A stretch of 64,000 nucleotides of DNA, from positions 1-64,000 of the IMG/VR virus record IMGVR_UViG_3300046513_000348; one strand, 5' to 3'. Positions within the stretch are counted from its first letter, which is position 1. Each line of letters opens with the position of its first letter. Positions 47,050-56,292 of the stretch are shown here, one piece after another. The position numbers and the translations under genes are program-made. The notes below the pieces were generated by a model that was given only the letters and a program-made list of their open reading frames with translations, searched no databases and was not told the DNA's origin.

Positions 47050-47814
47050 TTAGAAGGGCATGTCGTCGTCGTCGCCGAAGCTGCTGCCGCCGCTATTGCC
47101 ACCACTGTAGCCACCCGACGAATCGTCGTTGCTGCTGTTGTTGTTTCCTTTCCAGCCACCGCCGCCACCGCCACGGTTGTTGTTGTAACCGCCGCCACCG
47201 CCGCCGTTACCCTTCCAGCCACCGCCACCGCCGCCTTGCTGCTTCGGTTCCGGATGCTTGTAGGTGACCAGGGAGACGCCGACCATGATCTTCGAGATCA
47301 GGTTGTACACGCCGCGTGCGACCAGGACCGAGATTTCCGCTTCCGTCACCGGCTGGCCGTTGACTTCGAAGTTGTGGAAACGGGTCGGTGCGAACGGGAA
47401 GTAGATCTTCGGACGGCTCTGGTTTTCCAGGTCTTCGACCATGATGTACACGACGCCGTCGGGACGCTTGCCGACTTCGACTTTCGCCACGTCGACCGGA
47501 CGCTTGTCTTGACCGCGAATCGACTTGCAGATGACGCTCGCTTTGATCGGGTCCTTGCTGCGGGTAACCATGTCCAGCTGTTCGAGGTGAACTTGCAGGT
47601 CCAGGATACCGAACTTGGCCTGGATACGGCCGAAGTTGTTTTCCTTGTCGCTCGGGTCGTTGGTGTAGACCGTGATGCCAGGGTTGTCGTTGTTCGCGTA
47701 GTACTGCAGCGTCGACCATGCCTTGATGCCCTTGACGGGGCAAGGAACGGACAACTGGATTTTCTTGGAATCGAGCAGGTTCTTGTCCCGCGCTTTGGGC
47801 TTGAAGTCAGCCAT
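47050..47814 (-). CDS. chmC: ChmC-like nucleic-acid-binding protein (phiKZ gp67/Imp6) with Gly/Asn-rich tail and acidic tip
   Basis: 254 aa; beta-rich core, G/N-rich disordered tail, ends DDDDMPF; directly upstream of the gp68-like gene. Confidence 0.7.
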   Translation of the reverse strand: MADFKPKARDKNLLDSKKIQLSVPCPVKGIKAWSTLQYYANNDNPGITVYTNDPSDKENNFGRIQAKFGILDLQVHLEQLDMVTRSKDPIKASVICKSIRGQDKRPVDVAKVEVGKRPDGVVYIMVEDLENQSRPKIYFPFAPTRFHNFEVNGQPVTEAEISVLVARGVYNLISKIMVGVSLVTYKHPEPKQQGGGGGGWKGNGGGGGGYNNNRGGGGGGWKGNNNSSNDDSSGGYSGGNSGGSSFGDDDDMPF

Positions 47815-47884
47815 GTTTGCCTCTGCAATGAAAAAGTTGTTGAGGGTTTCGGACCATCAAACCATGAGTAGTCCGGGTAAATCT

Positions 47885-48724
47885 TTACATCATGTCTTTC
47901 ACGACTTCACGGAAGTATGGGTTCTGGAGTTTGCCCAGACTCATTCTTACTCGTGCATCAGTCGTCAAAGGACCCCAGTTATCCGCAATCGCAACTTCAA
48001 CAATCGCTTTGCGGAGCGCCGAGTCTTTCGGTGAAAAGAATTCCTTGTCTCCGAAGATACGAAGGAAGTACTGCGTAAAAGGAATCATCGAGAGTTCTTT
48101 GCCGTTATTGTACTTGGTGTACCACAGCGACTTATTCTTGATGGCACCAGTATGCGATTCAAGCAGATCAAGTTCGTCGAAATAACGATCAGAGACTAGG
48201 TCGAATGCAATGTGGGTTTGGATCAGGTAGCGAGCATCTTTGCGATCAGGCTTGATATCGGTATCGAACCCTTTCACATAGCCTTCGCCAACATCGTGCA
48301 GAAACTGCGAGATGCTTTTCTCCATCCGCTTACGTTCATCCTTCTGCTTTTGGGTCTGGTCGGATTTAAAGACAGAATGCTTATTGTAGCGGTTGTAGAT
48401 TTGTCGGTAATTAGGAAGATACAGAACCGGCGTCAGTCGAGAGTTCTCGGTGACTACCTTCTTGATCATTTCCCACTCGTCATGCATCAGTTCAGCAATG
48501 ATACCGGGCATGAGGAGGATGTTGATGTCGGATGTGTACGAACCAACGATGTTTCGGTAAAGAGTACGGGCATTCATCCAGTACTCGTCGTAGTTTAAAT
48601 GAGGAGGCTTCGGCCACTGACGTTCGGGATGAATTCCCATCAGCGATTCGAGAGCCAGAGAAGTTGGAATGTTGATCGGATATTGACCACGCTCCATCTT
48701 CTCTGTGAATGAGAAGACATTCAT
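47885..48724 (-). CDS. Conserved nucleus-block protein, possible PIN/FEN-like nuclease fold
   Basis: 279 aa; WMNARTLYRN and LLESHTG motifs; fold assignment tentative. Confidence 0.45.
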   Translation of the reverse strand: MNVFSFTEKMERGQYPINIPTSLALESLMGIHPERQWPKPPHLNYDEYWMNARTLYRNIVGSYTSDINILLMPGIIAELMHDEWEMIKKVVTENSRLTPVLYLPNYRQIYNRYNKHSVFKSDQTQKQKDERKRMEKSISQFLHDVGEGYVKGFDTDIKPDRKDARYLIQTHIAFDLVSDRYFDELDLLESHTGAIKNKSLWYTKYNNGKELSMIPFTQYFLRIFGDKEFFSPKDSALRKAIVEVAIADNWGPLTTDARVRMSLGKLQNPYFREVVKDMM

Positions 48725-49044
48725 GATTTTAATAAATGGTGGATCCAGCGATGCATGAACTCATGCTGTTCGATTGGATAGACGTCGTGACTTTTGTGGC
48801 TCGTGACCAATTGGAAATAGAACCAGGGATCGAGCGTGGCGCGACGGACCACTTCTTTCTCATTTACAAAAGTAATGTTGGTTCTTTTCAAAGGATGCCA
48901 TGGAGGCATTGGCATCTGAGCTTCACCAAAGCGGAAGTCGGAATAAAAAGCAGGTTCCACAATCCGAACCGTGGTGGCGATAAATGTTTTTTCGTGAGGA
49001 CGTAAGTTCAGGTTCGTTCGAATCGGAATCAGTCCGCCTATCAT
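48721..49044 (-). CDS. Hypothetical protein
   Basis: 107 aa, ATGA overlaps at both ends. Confidence 0.7.
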   Translation of the reverse strand: MIGGLIPIRTNLNLRPHEKTFIATTVRIVEPAFYSDFRFGEAQMPMPPWHPLKRTNITFVNEKEVVRRATLDPWFYFQLVTSHKSHDVYPIEQHEFMHRWIHHLLKS

Positions 49045-49193
49045 TTCTTCACCTCAGTGGCCTTGCTAAGCAGAACAACTGTGATTGCTGCCAACAGCAT
49101 TGTATTTTTACGCGGAGTCCCGATACGACCCGTCTTAACTTCCGGTTTCTTAATCGGGAACGCACTTGGACCAGTTGGACCTTTATGGCTCAT
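49041..49193 (-). CDS. Small protein (50 aa)
   Basis: GGAGG RBS 7 nt before ATG 49193; ATGA overlap with the next gene. Confidence 0.55.
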   Translation of the reverse strand: MSHKGPTGPSAFPIKKPEVKTGRIGTPRKNTMLLAAITVVLLSKATEVKK

Positions 49194-49359
49194 TCTGAAC
49201 CTCCGCTCGTGGAAACGACAACCACAAGGCCAGGAAAATCTTGTAAAGGATTTCCCGGTTCTGTTGCTGAATTCTCGCCGAGCTACCATAGGGGCTTACG
49301 AGTGACACCCTGTAATCGGGTGTCTGTTTTACGTTTGGATCATAAGTCAAGAGAAGCAT
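49183..49359 (-). CDS. Small protein (58 aa), below the ORF-track cutoff
   Basis: AAGGA RBS; MLLLTYDP...ILYKIFLALWLSF...NEP; fills the gap after sbcD. Confidence 0.55.
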   Translation of the reverse strand: MLLLTYDPNVKQTPDYRVSLVSPYGSSARIQQQNREILYKIFLALWLSFPRAEVQNEP

Positions 49360-49370
49360 TGCATCTTCCT

Positions 49371-50561
49371 TTACATTACGGATGCCATGAGACTGTCAAA
49401 GTATTGTTTCTCTGACGGACGAAGAGTTTCGCTCATACGTTCTTCCACGATAGTTACGATGTTGGACTCATCAATGGTGAACGGAACGTAGTCTTTGTCT
49501 TCAGTTACTTCGACAATCTTCTCGGACGCATCCGCTTCTTCATCCAGAATTTTCTTGGAGAAGCGGATGAATGGGTATTGTGCTTGAAATGTATCGACCG
49601 CAGCGAGTAATGGGTGAGTTTTACGGGCAGCGATACGAATGTGAGAATGCAGATGATGGCGATCACAAAGATCACGAACTTGGGCAGTTGCCACGTCCAC
49701 GTCCTCATCCACTTCCACGGTCTTGAAAACCATTGCATGTTCGTTCACCTCGAACTTAGCGTGGAAGGTACCATCACGATGTACGATAGCACGAACGAAG
49801 CCTTTGTCTTCTTCCATGCCATGACGCTGACGATCAGGACTACCTTGTACGATTAGGTTACCACGTTGCTGGAACGTGTGGTCATGACCAATGAAACCGA
49901 GGTAGCGAATGATCGCGCGGTACGCTTCGGAATCGTGGAAACGGCGTACCTGACCAACGGGAACTTGGAAATCGAAGAATCCGTGCATGAGTGCAAAGTC
50001 AACTTTCTCCAAAGCACGAGTTTGCATCAGGTCACGGACCTGTCGGTAAGTTACTTCATCCGACGTATTCTTTTCATCAGGAATACAGAGAAGATGCAGG
50101 TCGTACTTCTCAATGTATTCGATCGACACTTCCTTGATGTAACGCAGGTCACACTTCTCGTGTTCTTCAGCGGCATCATTAATCGCAACAAACAGCTGCG
50201 ACTGTAAACGGTCGTGAGAAGGCGTACCTTCCAGAACGATAACAGTAATGCCAAGCTTCGCACAACGAGCAAGTAATCGGCGTATCCAAGAAGTGATGTG
50301 GGGAACGTCACGATGATTCAGCGGGAGACCTCGATCGAACACGTCGCCATTGATGAAGAGTAGGTCTAAACCCTTCAGGTACTTCGGCGTAAGTTTCTTC
50401 TCGAGGCCTCGGATTACGAATTCAGCAGGATTGGCTGCGTTTCCCAGATGGATATCTGAGATCGACAGAACATCAATCCGTGTCCAGTTCGTATTCGCCG
50501 ACACCGTCGTCGGGAACGCTTGCTCCAGCGAGTCCGACAGCTTTGTCTTTGTTGGGGTCAT
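49371..50561 (-). CDS. sbcD: SbcD/Mre11-like metallophosphoesterase nuclease
   Basis: SDIHLG, INGDVFD, EGTPSHD, MHG and GHDH motifs; the 5' end must overlap the upstream gene. Confidence 0.85.
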   Translation of the reverse strand: MTPTKTKLSDSLEQAFPTTVSANTNWTRIDVLSISDIHLGNAANPAEFVIRGLEKKLTPKYLKGLDLLFINGDVFDRGLPLNHRDVPHITSWIRRLLARCAKLGITVIVLEGTPSHDRLQSQLFVAINDAAEEHEKCDLRYIKEVSIEYIEKYDLHLLCIPDEKNTSDEVTYRQVRDLMQTRALEKVDFALMHGFFDFQVPVGQVRRFHDSEAYRAIIRYLGFIGHDHTFQQRGNLIVQGSPDRQRHGMEEDKGFVRAIVHRDGTFHAKFEVNEHAMVFKTVEVDEDVDVATAQVRDLCDRHHLHSHIRIAARKTHPLLAAVDTFQAQYPFIRFSKKILDEEADASEKIVEVTEDKDYVPFTIDESNIVTIVEERMSETLRPSEKQYFDSLMASVM

Positions 50562-51186
50562 TTTCCAGGTTCAGCAAGTTGATGATTTTGTCTTGCTTAC
50601 CGTAGCGAGTGAAGATCTCGTTCCAGGTACGCATGTTCGCGTACACTTCTTCGGTAGGCTTCTGTTTGATGTGCATGCTCTGCAGCGTCCGGGAGAGGAA
50701 GGTCTGCGAAGCACTGGCGTCGACTTCTTTCAGGCGTGAGTAGTGGCGCTCGACGCGGGTCATCGACATGCCGCCAGGACGGCCTTGTTCCAGGACCGAG
50801 GTATCGAACATGGCGGGCACGGTGAACAGCACTTTGCCTTCGCTATCGATGATCTCGACGGGAACAGTCTCGCCGCCGGCGACTTTGTCGATCCAGGTAC
50901 GAACGTTCAGTTCCGGCGTCGGCTTGATTTCGTCAGCAAACAGCGGCAGGAAGTGTTCGATGAACAGTTCTTCCGGGAACTGGGACTTGGGTACTGCAGC
51001 CTGCAGTTGGCTTGCGATATCGGCGATATTCACGCTGATGCCCATGTTGCGGTTGCGCTGTACCTTGGCGAAGATCGCCATTGCTTCAGCATGTTTCGGA
51101 TGCGGCTGTGCCACATCATGCGGTGGTGCAACCGGACGAGGCGAAGTGCCATCCAGTTTCTGATCGAGTTTGTCTTGCGGATTCAT
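50473..51186 (-). CDS. Conserved hypothetical protein of the nucleus block
   Basis: 237 aa, ATGA-coupled to the upstream gene. Confidence 0.7.
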   Translation of the reverse strand: MNPQDKLDQKLDGTSPRPVAPPHDVAQPHPKHAEAMAIFAKVQRNRNMGISVNIADIASQLQAAVPKSQFPEELFIEHFLPLFADEIKPTPELNVRTWIDKVAGGETVPVEIIDSEGKVLFTVPAMFDTSVLEQGRPGGMSMTRVERHYSRLKEVDASASQTFLSRTLQSMHIKQKPTEEVYANMRTWNEIFTRYGKQDKIINLLNLENDPNKDKAVGLAGASVPDDGVGEYELDTD

Positions 51187-51605
51187 GTCAGTTGTCCCGT
51201 TTCATCGAGTCGTTGGATACGTTTCACATTCGTACCCAGGAGTTCGATGGCATGCGAAAGTGAATAACGTTTGCCATCAGAGTCGAAGGTACATCCTATT
51301 GTTACTGTCTGTTCGGAATTATCCGGAATGCCGAATGCGTCATCGACGGATACCGAAAGCTGGACATTTTGGAACTGCGTTTTGAAGTAATCGAGCAGAA
51401 CCGTTTCCAGTTCCGATGCGATCAATGCTGGGGAATTGTTGTCCGCCAGGATCGTCTGGTAAGATTTCACCGCGCCTTTGTGGAAGTGCGATTGAGACTT
51501 TTGGGTCTCGAAGAAATACGCCAGCATGTAATCCACCACTTCGAGCGGATTCTTCACCCAGCCAGCTGGGGAAAAGGTAGGCAAAAGCGACATAAGGTTA
51601 TCCAA
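51183..51605 (-). CDS. Conserved hypothetical protein, possibly T4 gp25-like fold
   Basis: 140 aa, TTG start; fold guess from size and alpha/beta pattern only. Confidence 0.45.
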   Translation of the reverse strand: MDNLMSLLPTFSPAGWVKNPLEVVDYMLAYFFETQKSQSHFHKGAVKSYQTILADNNSPALIASELETVLLDYFKTQFQNVQLSVSVDDAFGIPDNSEQTVTIGCTFDSDGKRYSLSHAIELLGTNVKRIQRLDETGQLT

Positions 51606-51611
51606 TCAAGC

Positions 51612-51646
51612 AAAAAAAAATAGCGGGGTGCAACCCCCGCTATTTT
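51612..51646 (-). terminator. Intrinsic terminator
   Basis: 12-bp stem running into a T9 tract on minus. Confidence 0.8.
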
Positions 51647-51654
51647 CAGTCCGT

Positions 51655-52302
51655 TTACATGTTCTCGTTGAGGATGTTCGTCGGATCTTTCTTCTTGGCC
51701 TTGAGAGCCATCTCGAGGATGTCCCAAGTCGAGAGAATATCCGCCTGCTCCACAACATCGAGATCACGTTCGTCGCCATGATCGAACAGATCCTGGTGAG
51801 CGACCCATGCATTCTCCGGATCATCATTCACCACGACACCGAAACGATCGTCATCGAAGATCACGCCATCGATGACGCGCATGAAGTCAGGATCCTTGAA
51901 ACCACGACGACCGACATGCTCGTTACGATAGCTGTCCGAGTACGAATCGATCGATTGGTTCTCTTCTGCGATACGTGCCATGATGTTAGCCATGACGTAC
52001 CGCTGCATCGTGGGTTTCGCGTGCTGGATCTCTTTCACCGTACGGAGACGACGAACGACGTCACGCTGGAACACGTCACCAACTTTACGGACGCGCTGAC
52101 GAATACGACGAAGTGCTTTCTCGCCGTTGTAACGCTCGAAGGTTTCACGAGCGTCTTCGAAGAACCCGTCGAAGACTTCACGAGCTCGAGGTGCGTAACG
52201 TTCTACACGGTCACGCAGATAGTCGATGGTCCCACGGCTGGGCTCACCGAACAACTCGGCATCGATGTCATCGACTGATACATAGCCGCCTTTCATTCCC
52301 AT
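51655..52302 (-). CDS. Conserved nucleus-block protein (possibly phiKZ gp59/Imp3-like)
   Basis: 215 aa, TAATG-coupled to beta'-N; identity from synteny only. Confidence 0.45.
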   Translation of the reverse strand: MGMKGGYVSVDDIDAELFGEPSRGTIDYLRDRVERYAPRAREVFDGFFEDARETFERYNGEKALRRIRQRVRKVGDVFQRDVVRRLRTVKEIQHAKPTMQRYVMANIMARIAEENQSIDSYSDSYRNEHVGRRGFKDPDFMRVIDGVIFDDDRFGVVVNDDPENAWVAHQDLFDHGDERDLDVVEQADILSTWDILEMALKAKKKDPTNILNENM

Positions 52303-53948
52303 TAATGTAACCTCGTTGAAAACATGTTTTTCATGCGGTCCAGTTTGTCAGGATCTGGAAGCCGCGCCTCTGGAGGATAGTTGTACAGATAGTTCACCAC
52401 CGAGGAGACGATTGGTTTCGGCAACGGCATGTTGTCGCCAATCTTCCTTGGGCCGGACAGTTTCCATGCACCGAAGTGCGGGGCCAGATAACGGAGTTCG
52501 TCCGTAGTCCAGTTGTCCAGAGTCAGGAAACCAAACATCTGATCGCCGTCGAAGTCGGCGTTCGGACCAGCCACCGAGATGATCGGATAGCTGATCGAGA
52601 AGATCTTCGGATCCTTCTTGATCTTCGTGATGAACATGCGCTGAATCGAAGTACGGTACATCGACGGATTACGACCGAAGATGCACGGGATACCACGACG
52701 AGCTTGATACTTCTCTTCACGAATGTCATAGCTTCCATCTTCGAGTTGCTTCGGCGTAAGCTTGCCGTTGATGATGGATGCTTCGATGGTGGGCGACAGT
52801 TGGTACGGCGATTCCTCCAGCATTTCGTCAAACAGTTCGTCGAGCAACTCACTGAAGACGTGGGTGTGGAAGTTCAGGTAATACGCTGCGTCATTGTAGC
52901 CGTAGCCACGTTTCATCAGCTTACCCATGAGGTGAATACGGAAGGTCGTCACTGCCAGCGCCCATGGCAGATGGATCTCGTCGTGGTGGTGCGGTTCCGT
53001 GAGCGAGTTAATAACTGCACGGAAGCTGAACCAGCAACGAGTGGCATAGACGTGCTTGCGAACCAGGCCCGGTTTACCAGCGATGAAGTTCTTTTCGTAA
53101 TCACGGCCAAACAGCGACAGCGATTCCGAAAGCTTGGACGAACGGTTCTCTTTCTGCGAAACCGAGAAGTCCTTGATCTCCGAGTCGATGCCCGCGATAT
53201 TGCGAACAGCGTCGATGATCGTCTTCAACGTGGTATCCATGTAAGTACCGAACTTGGTGTTTTCAATCACCAGGATGGTCTTGTTGTGGATCGGGATATA
53301 GTCGGCGAAGATGCGGTCGCGATACATTGCGATGAAGATCTGCATCTCCTTCAGCTTTTCCTTCTTGTCCTTCGTCGACGTGAACTGTGGGATTGTCGAA
53401 ATGCGTCCGATGATTTCATCGAACTTCCAGTAAAAGTTGTTCAGTCCACGGTCGATCTTCAGATCGTCCAACATCGCATCGATCACTTCCATCCAGCGGC
53501 CATGCTGATTGCGGTTCGGCCGATAGTCGGTATTGGTCAGATACTTGATGATGTTGAACTTCTGGTTGCTGTTGTTCGACAGGCTGTAGAAGTCCGAGAG
53601 CAGTCGCCATGCTTCCGGATTGATCAGCGCATCGACGCCCTTGGGTTTTTCAACCCAGATGATGGGCTCCAGCGGTTTGTCCAGCATCGGCTGAACCATC
53701 TGTTTGCACTTCTTGCAGATGGTGCCTTTCCCCTTACGGTCAACGTGGTGTTGTCCTTGTGTATAGCCGCACGGACACTTGGGGATCGTGTCGAGCAGGT
53801 CTGTGTCAGTGTAAGTGACGAAGAAGTTTTCGTCAAATGCATTCTTCTCGGTCTCGAGAGTGTCGAGGACTCGGTTCACGATGATTGGATCACCGGTAAC
53901 GGAACGGAAAAGTTCGTTATAGTTTTCCAGTTCCAAATGTACGCCCAT
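52302..53948 (-). CDS. rpoC: Non-virion RNA polymerase beta' N-terminal (catalytic) subunit (phiKZ gp55-like), uninterrupted
   Basis: Catalytic NADFDGD, N-terminal Zn ribbon CPCG...CKKC, GLVRKHV, GRNPSM. Confidence 0.93.
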   Translation of the reverse strand: MGVHLELENYNELFRSVTGDPIIVNRVLDTLETEKNAFDENFFVTYTDTDLLDTIPKCPCGYTQGQHHVDRKGKGTICKKCKQMVQPMLDKPLEPIIWVEKPKGVDALINPEAWRLLSDFYSLSNNSNQKFNIIKYLTNTDYRPNRNQHGRWMEVIDAMLDDLKIDRGLNNFYWKFDEIIGRISTIPQFTSTKDKKEKLKEMQIFIAMYRDRIFADYIPIHNKTILVIENTKFGTYMDTTLKTIIDAVRNIAGIDSEIKDFSVSQKENRSSKLSESLSLFGRDYEKNFIAGKPGLVRKHVYATRCWFSFRAVINSLTEPHHHDEIHLPWALAVTTFRIHLMGKLMKRGYGYNDAAYYLNFHTHVFSELLDELFDEMLEESPYQLSPTIEASIINGKLTPKQLEDGSYDIREEKYQARRGIPCIFGRNPSMYRTSIQRMFITKIKKDPKIFSISYPIISVAGPNADFDGDQMFGFLTLDNWTTDELRYLAPHFGAWKLSGPRKIGDNMPLPKPIVSSVVNYLYNYPPEARLPDPDKLDRMKNMFSTRLH

Positions 53949-54135
53949 TACGCCTCCTAGTACAATTGTAAAAGCCTCTTAACTGCAGGTCATACCAATG
54001 ATATATGTCTATTCGTTTTTATATATGAATATATCAGGTAATTATTTATACAAAAAAATAAGGCAAGAAAAAAACCCTTACTGGCGTTCTTTCTTTATCC
54101 CTCATCAAGACTTCTGATAGGGATTCTCGCGGGGC

Positions 54136-54369
54136 TCATGAAGCCACCTCTGGTGACTGTACTGCTTTTTGCATATTGGCATACCAGCCGTCAATCAACA
54201 GGAACAGCATGCCGACCTCCAGAGTCATCAAGTGCTCGTAGTCATCCAACACTTCGTTCTTGATTTCCTTCAGAGTCAGCGTAGTTGGTTCCTTACCGAA
54301 GTACTTCAGTTGGATATCTGCTGCTGCCAAGATGGCTGGGTTTACTTTCTTTTCTTGAGTCTCATTCAT
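54136..54369 (-). CDS. Small hypothetical protein
   Basis: 77 aa, GGAG RBS. Confidence 0.7.
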   Translation of the reverse strand: MNETQEKKVNPAILAAADIQLKYFGKEPTTLTLKEIKNEVLDDYEHLMTLEVGMLFLLIDGWYANMQKAVQSPEVAS

Positions 54370-54450
54370 TTCTTCTTCTCCAAGAATTAAGGGGAAACAA
54401 TAACGCTTCCCCTTTTTAATACTACCTAAGATCTAGTTTGGCTCTAAGCT

Positions 54451-54933
54451 TTAACCGAACCGTTTCCTTTCAATCCGCTTTTCACCAGTCTGCATCTCGG
54501 GTTGGGCGAATCGAACAACCGCCTGCATGAATTCCTTCCACTCTTCATGAGTCAGCTCCACGGGATCCAGCGCATGCTTCCCTTTGATGTACATGTCCAC
54601 GTCTTGGATCACGTACTTGTGGTCTTCATCCCAGCCGAAGTTATCGTTGCCGCCCCATGCCACGCGGCCTTCGAAGAACTTCGTATTCCTCAGGATCGTA
54701 AACCAGAAGCGATAGTTCTCTTCCCTGATCAACGGGCCCACGCATTCGACATTGAGAGCTGCGATGATGTTGATTGCGTAGTACGACATCGCTTCGAGAA
54801 TGTCGTAATTGTTATTTACGGCAAAGCCGAAAAGAGCATTGCCCAGGAAGTCAATGCGGGAGGTCGACGAAACTGCGCCGCGGTTGTATTCGGCGTAGGC
54901 TTTGTTCAGGTCTTCAATATAGCTCATTTCCAT
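54451..54933 (-). CDS. Hypothetical protein, paralog family C
   Basis: 160 aa; SRIDFLGNALFGF...FMQAVVRFAQPEM. Confidence 0.75.
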   Translation of the reverse strand: MEMSYIEDLNKAYAEYNRGAVSSTSRIDFLGNALFGFAVNNNYDILEAMSYYAINIIAALNVECVGPLIREENYRFWFTILRNTKFFEGRVAWGGNDNFGWDEDHKYVIQDVDMYIKGKHALDPVELTHEEWKEFMQAVVRFAQPEMQTGEKRIERKRFG

Positions 54934-54984
54934 TCCTTTGTAAAAGTTACCAGGTGTCGAACGACACCTGGTGATTATAGGTTA

Positions 54985-55626
54985 TTAACGACGAGTGGGG
55001 AACGGCCAAGCGGCAACACCCGTAATCAACTTCGGTGCCTCAGGCTGAGCTGCCGGCTTCACGTCGTCGTAGTGCTGTGCCGGATCATTGTCCTGGTCGT
55101 GGTCATGATCGTGACTGGGCGAATTGTCGTAGTGGGTCGGATCTACGCATTTCGGATCATGGCAGTCCAGGTTATGGCATACACCGCAATCTTGGTCTTC
55201 GGGCTGATCATTGTCATCGTTATGCTGATCGTCGCCGAACTCTTCGTCGTAAGCACGACGATCTGCTTCAACACGAGCCAGATGCGTCGGCAACTTCTTG
55301 CAGCAGTTGCAGATGAATGGCGCTACGTCGCCTTGAGCTTCGTAGAAGTCGTACCACTTCCAGAGAATGCCGTCCTTCAGAGGTTTCTCCTGCTTGCAGT
55401 CTTTGCAGGTATGGAGCTCATTGCCCTCTTCCTCTTCGTACTGCTTCTTACAGCAGTCGCAAGCGACATTGGAACCAACGATGCCGAAGGAATCTCTCTC
55501 GCAGAGATACCATGCCGCGACGCTGATGTTAGCCTGGGCATGATCGCATCCACCATCCTGATCGAACAGAGCCTGCTTTTCGGCGTCAGATTTCTTGGCG
55601 ATATAGGTGCTAGTAAACCAGTTCAT
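54985..55626 (-). CDS. Cys/His-rich putative metal-binding protein
   Basis: 213 aa; CDCC, CKDC, CNCC, CGVCH..DCH..KC and an Asp/His-rich tail. Confidence 0.7.
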   Translation of the reverse strand: MNWFTSTYIAKKSDAEKQALFDQDGGCDHAQANISVAAWYLCERDSFGIVGSNVACDCCKKQYEEEEGNELHTCKDCKQEKPLKDGILWKWYDFYEAQGDVAPFICNCCKKLPTHLARVEADRRAYDEEFGDDQHNDDNDQPEDQDCGVCHNLDCHDPKCVDPTHYDNSPSHDHDHDQDNDPAQHYDDVKPAAQPEAPKLITGVAAWPFPTRR

Positions 55627-55682
55627 AATGAACTCCTTGTATTAAATTGTGGCCCTCTAATGAGGATTTTGGTAGAACTTCA

Positions 55683-55717
55683 CGATAACTATATATACTT
55701 GAGTTTTTCTATAGTTC
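55683..55717 (-). promoter_or_regulatory. Early promoter variant
   Basis: GAACTATAGAAAAACTCAAGTATATATAGTTATCG, near-identical to 35162-35196. Confidence 0.6.
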
Positions 55718-55773
55718 AGGTTTTCATGAAAAGAAAAAAGACCCGGAAATCGTAAGATTTCCAGGCCCGGGCC

Positions 55774-56253
55774 TTATGCCTGGTTCATTTCAGGTTTGGC
55801 GAATTCGACGAGTGCTTGTGCGAATTGTTCGAACTCGGAAAGTTGGTCAGACTGCATGTAGTTTTTATCGGCGAACTTCAATTCCCGAAGTTGTTCGTCC
55901 TCGACATACAGTCCGCAGCTATCAATCGACGGCTGCTTACCATCCCACCAGGCACCGCGAATGGAGCTGCCCCAATTGAGACGGTCCTGGAAGAAAGGCA
56001 TGTTGACCATGATCAGGTACCACTGGTAGTTTTCTGCACCCACCTCCTGATAAGCAAAAGTCGCCTTGTTCGAAATGGCCGCAATTACCTCAACTGCCTT
56101 AGTGGCAAACAGAACACTCATTGAACTGTCATAAGTCGTGAAATCGAAGACGGCATTTGCCAAGAATTCGAGGCGCGATGGATGTCGTTCGGTCGGATGA
56201 AGATTGCTGTTGTCCTGCAAGAAACTGTTTTCGAGAAGTTCGAGGTAATTCAT
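55774..56253 (-). CDS. Hypothetical protein, paralog family C
   Basis: 159 aa; SRLEFLANAVFDF...FAQALVEFAKPEM. Confidence 0.75.
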   Translation of the reverse strand: MNYLELLENSFLQDNSNLHPTERHPSRLEFLANAVFDFTTYDSSMSVLFATKAVEVIAAISNKATFAYQEVGAENYQWYLIMVNMPFFQDRLNWGSSIRGAWWDGKQPSIDSCGLYVEDEQLRELKFADKNYMQSDQLSEFEQFAQALVEFAKPEMNQA

Positions 56254-56292
56254 TAAGTCTCCAACATTGTAAAATATAAAGCATAAGGAACA

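Noticed and set aside
47085-47240. GGC/GGT tandem repeats
   Set aside because: They encode the Gly-rich tail of the ChmC-like protein and are not an independent DNA element.
49204-49370. Hairpin-rich gap first read as a structured leader or riboswitch
   Set aside because: A 58-codon ORF with an RBS fills the interval, so it is reported as a CDS.
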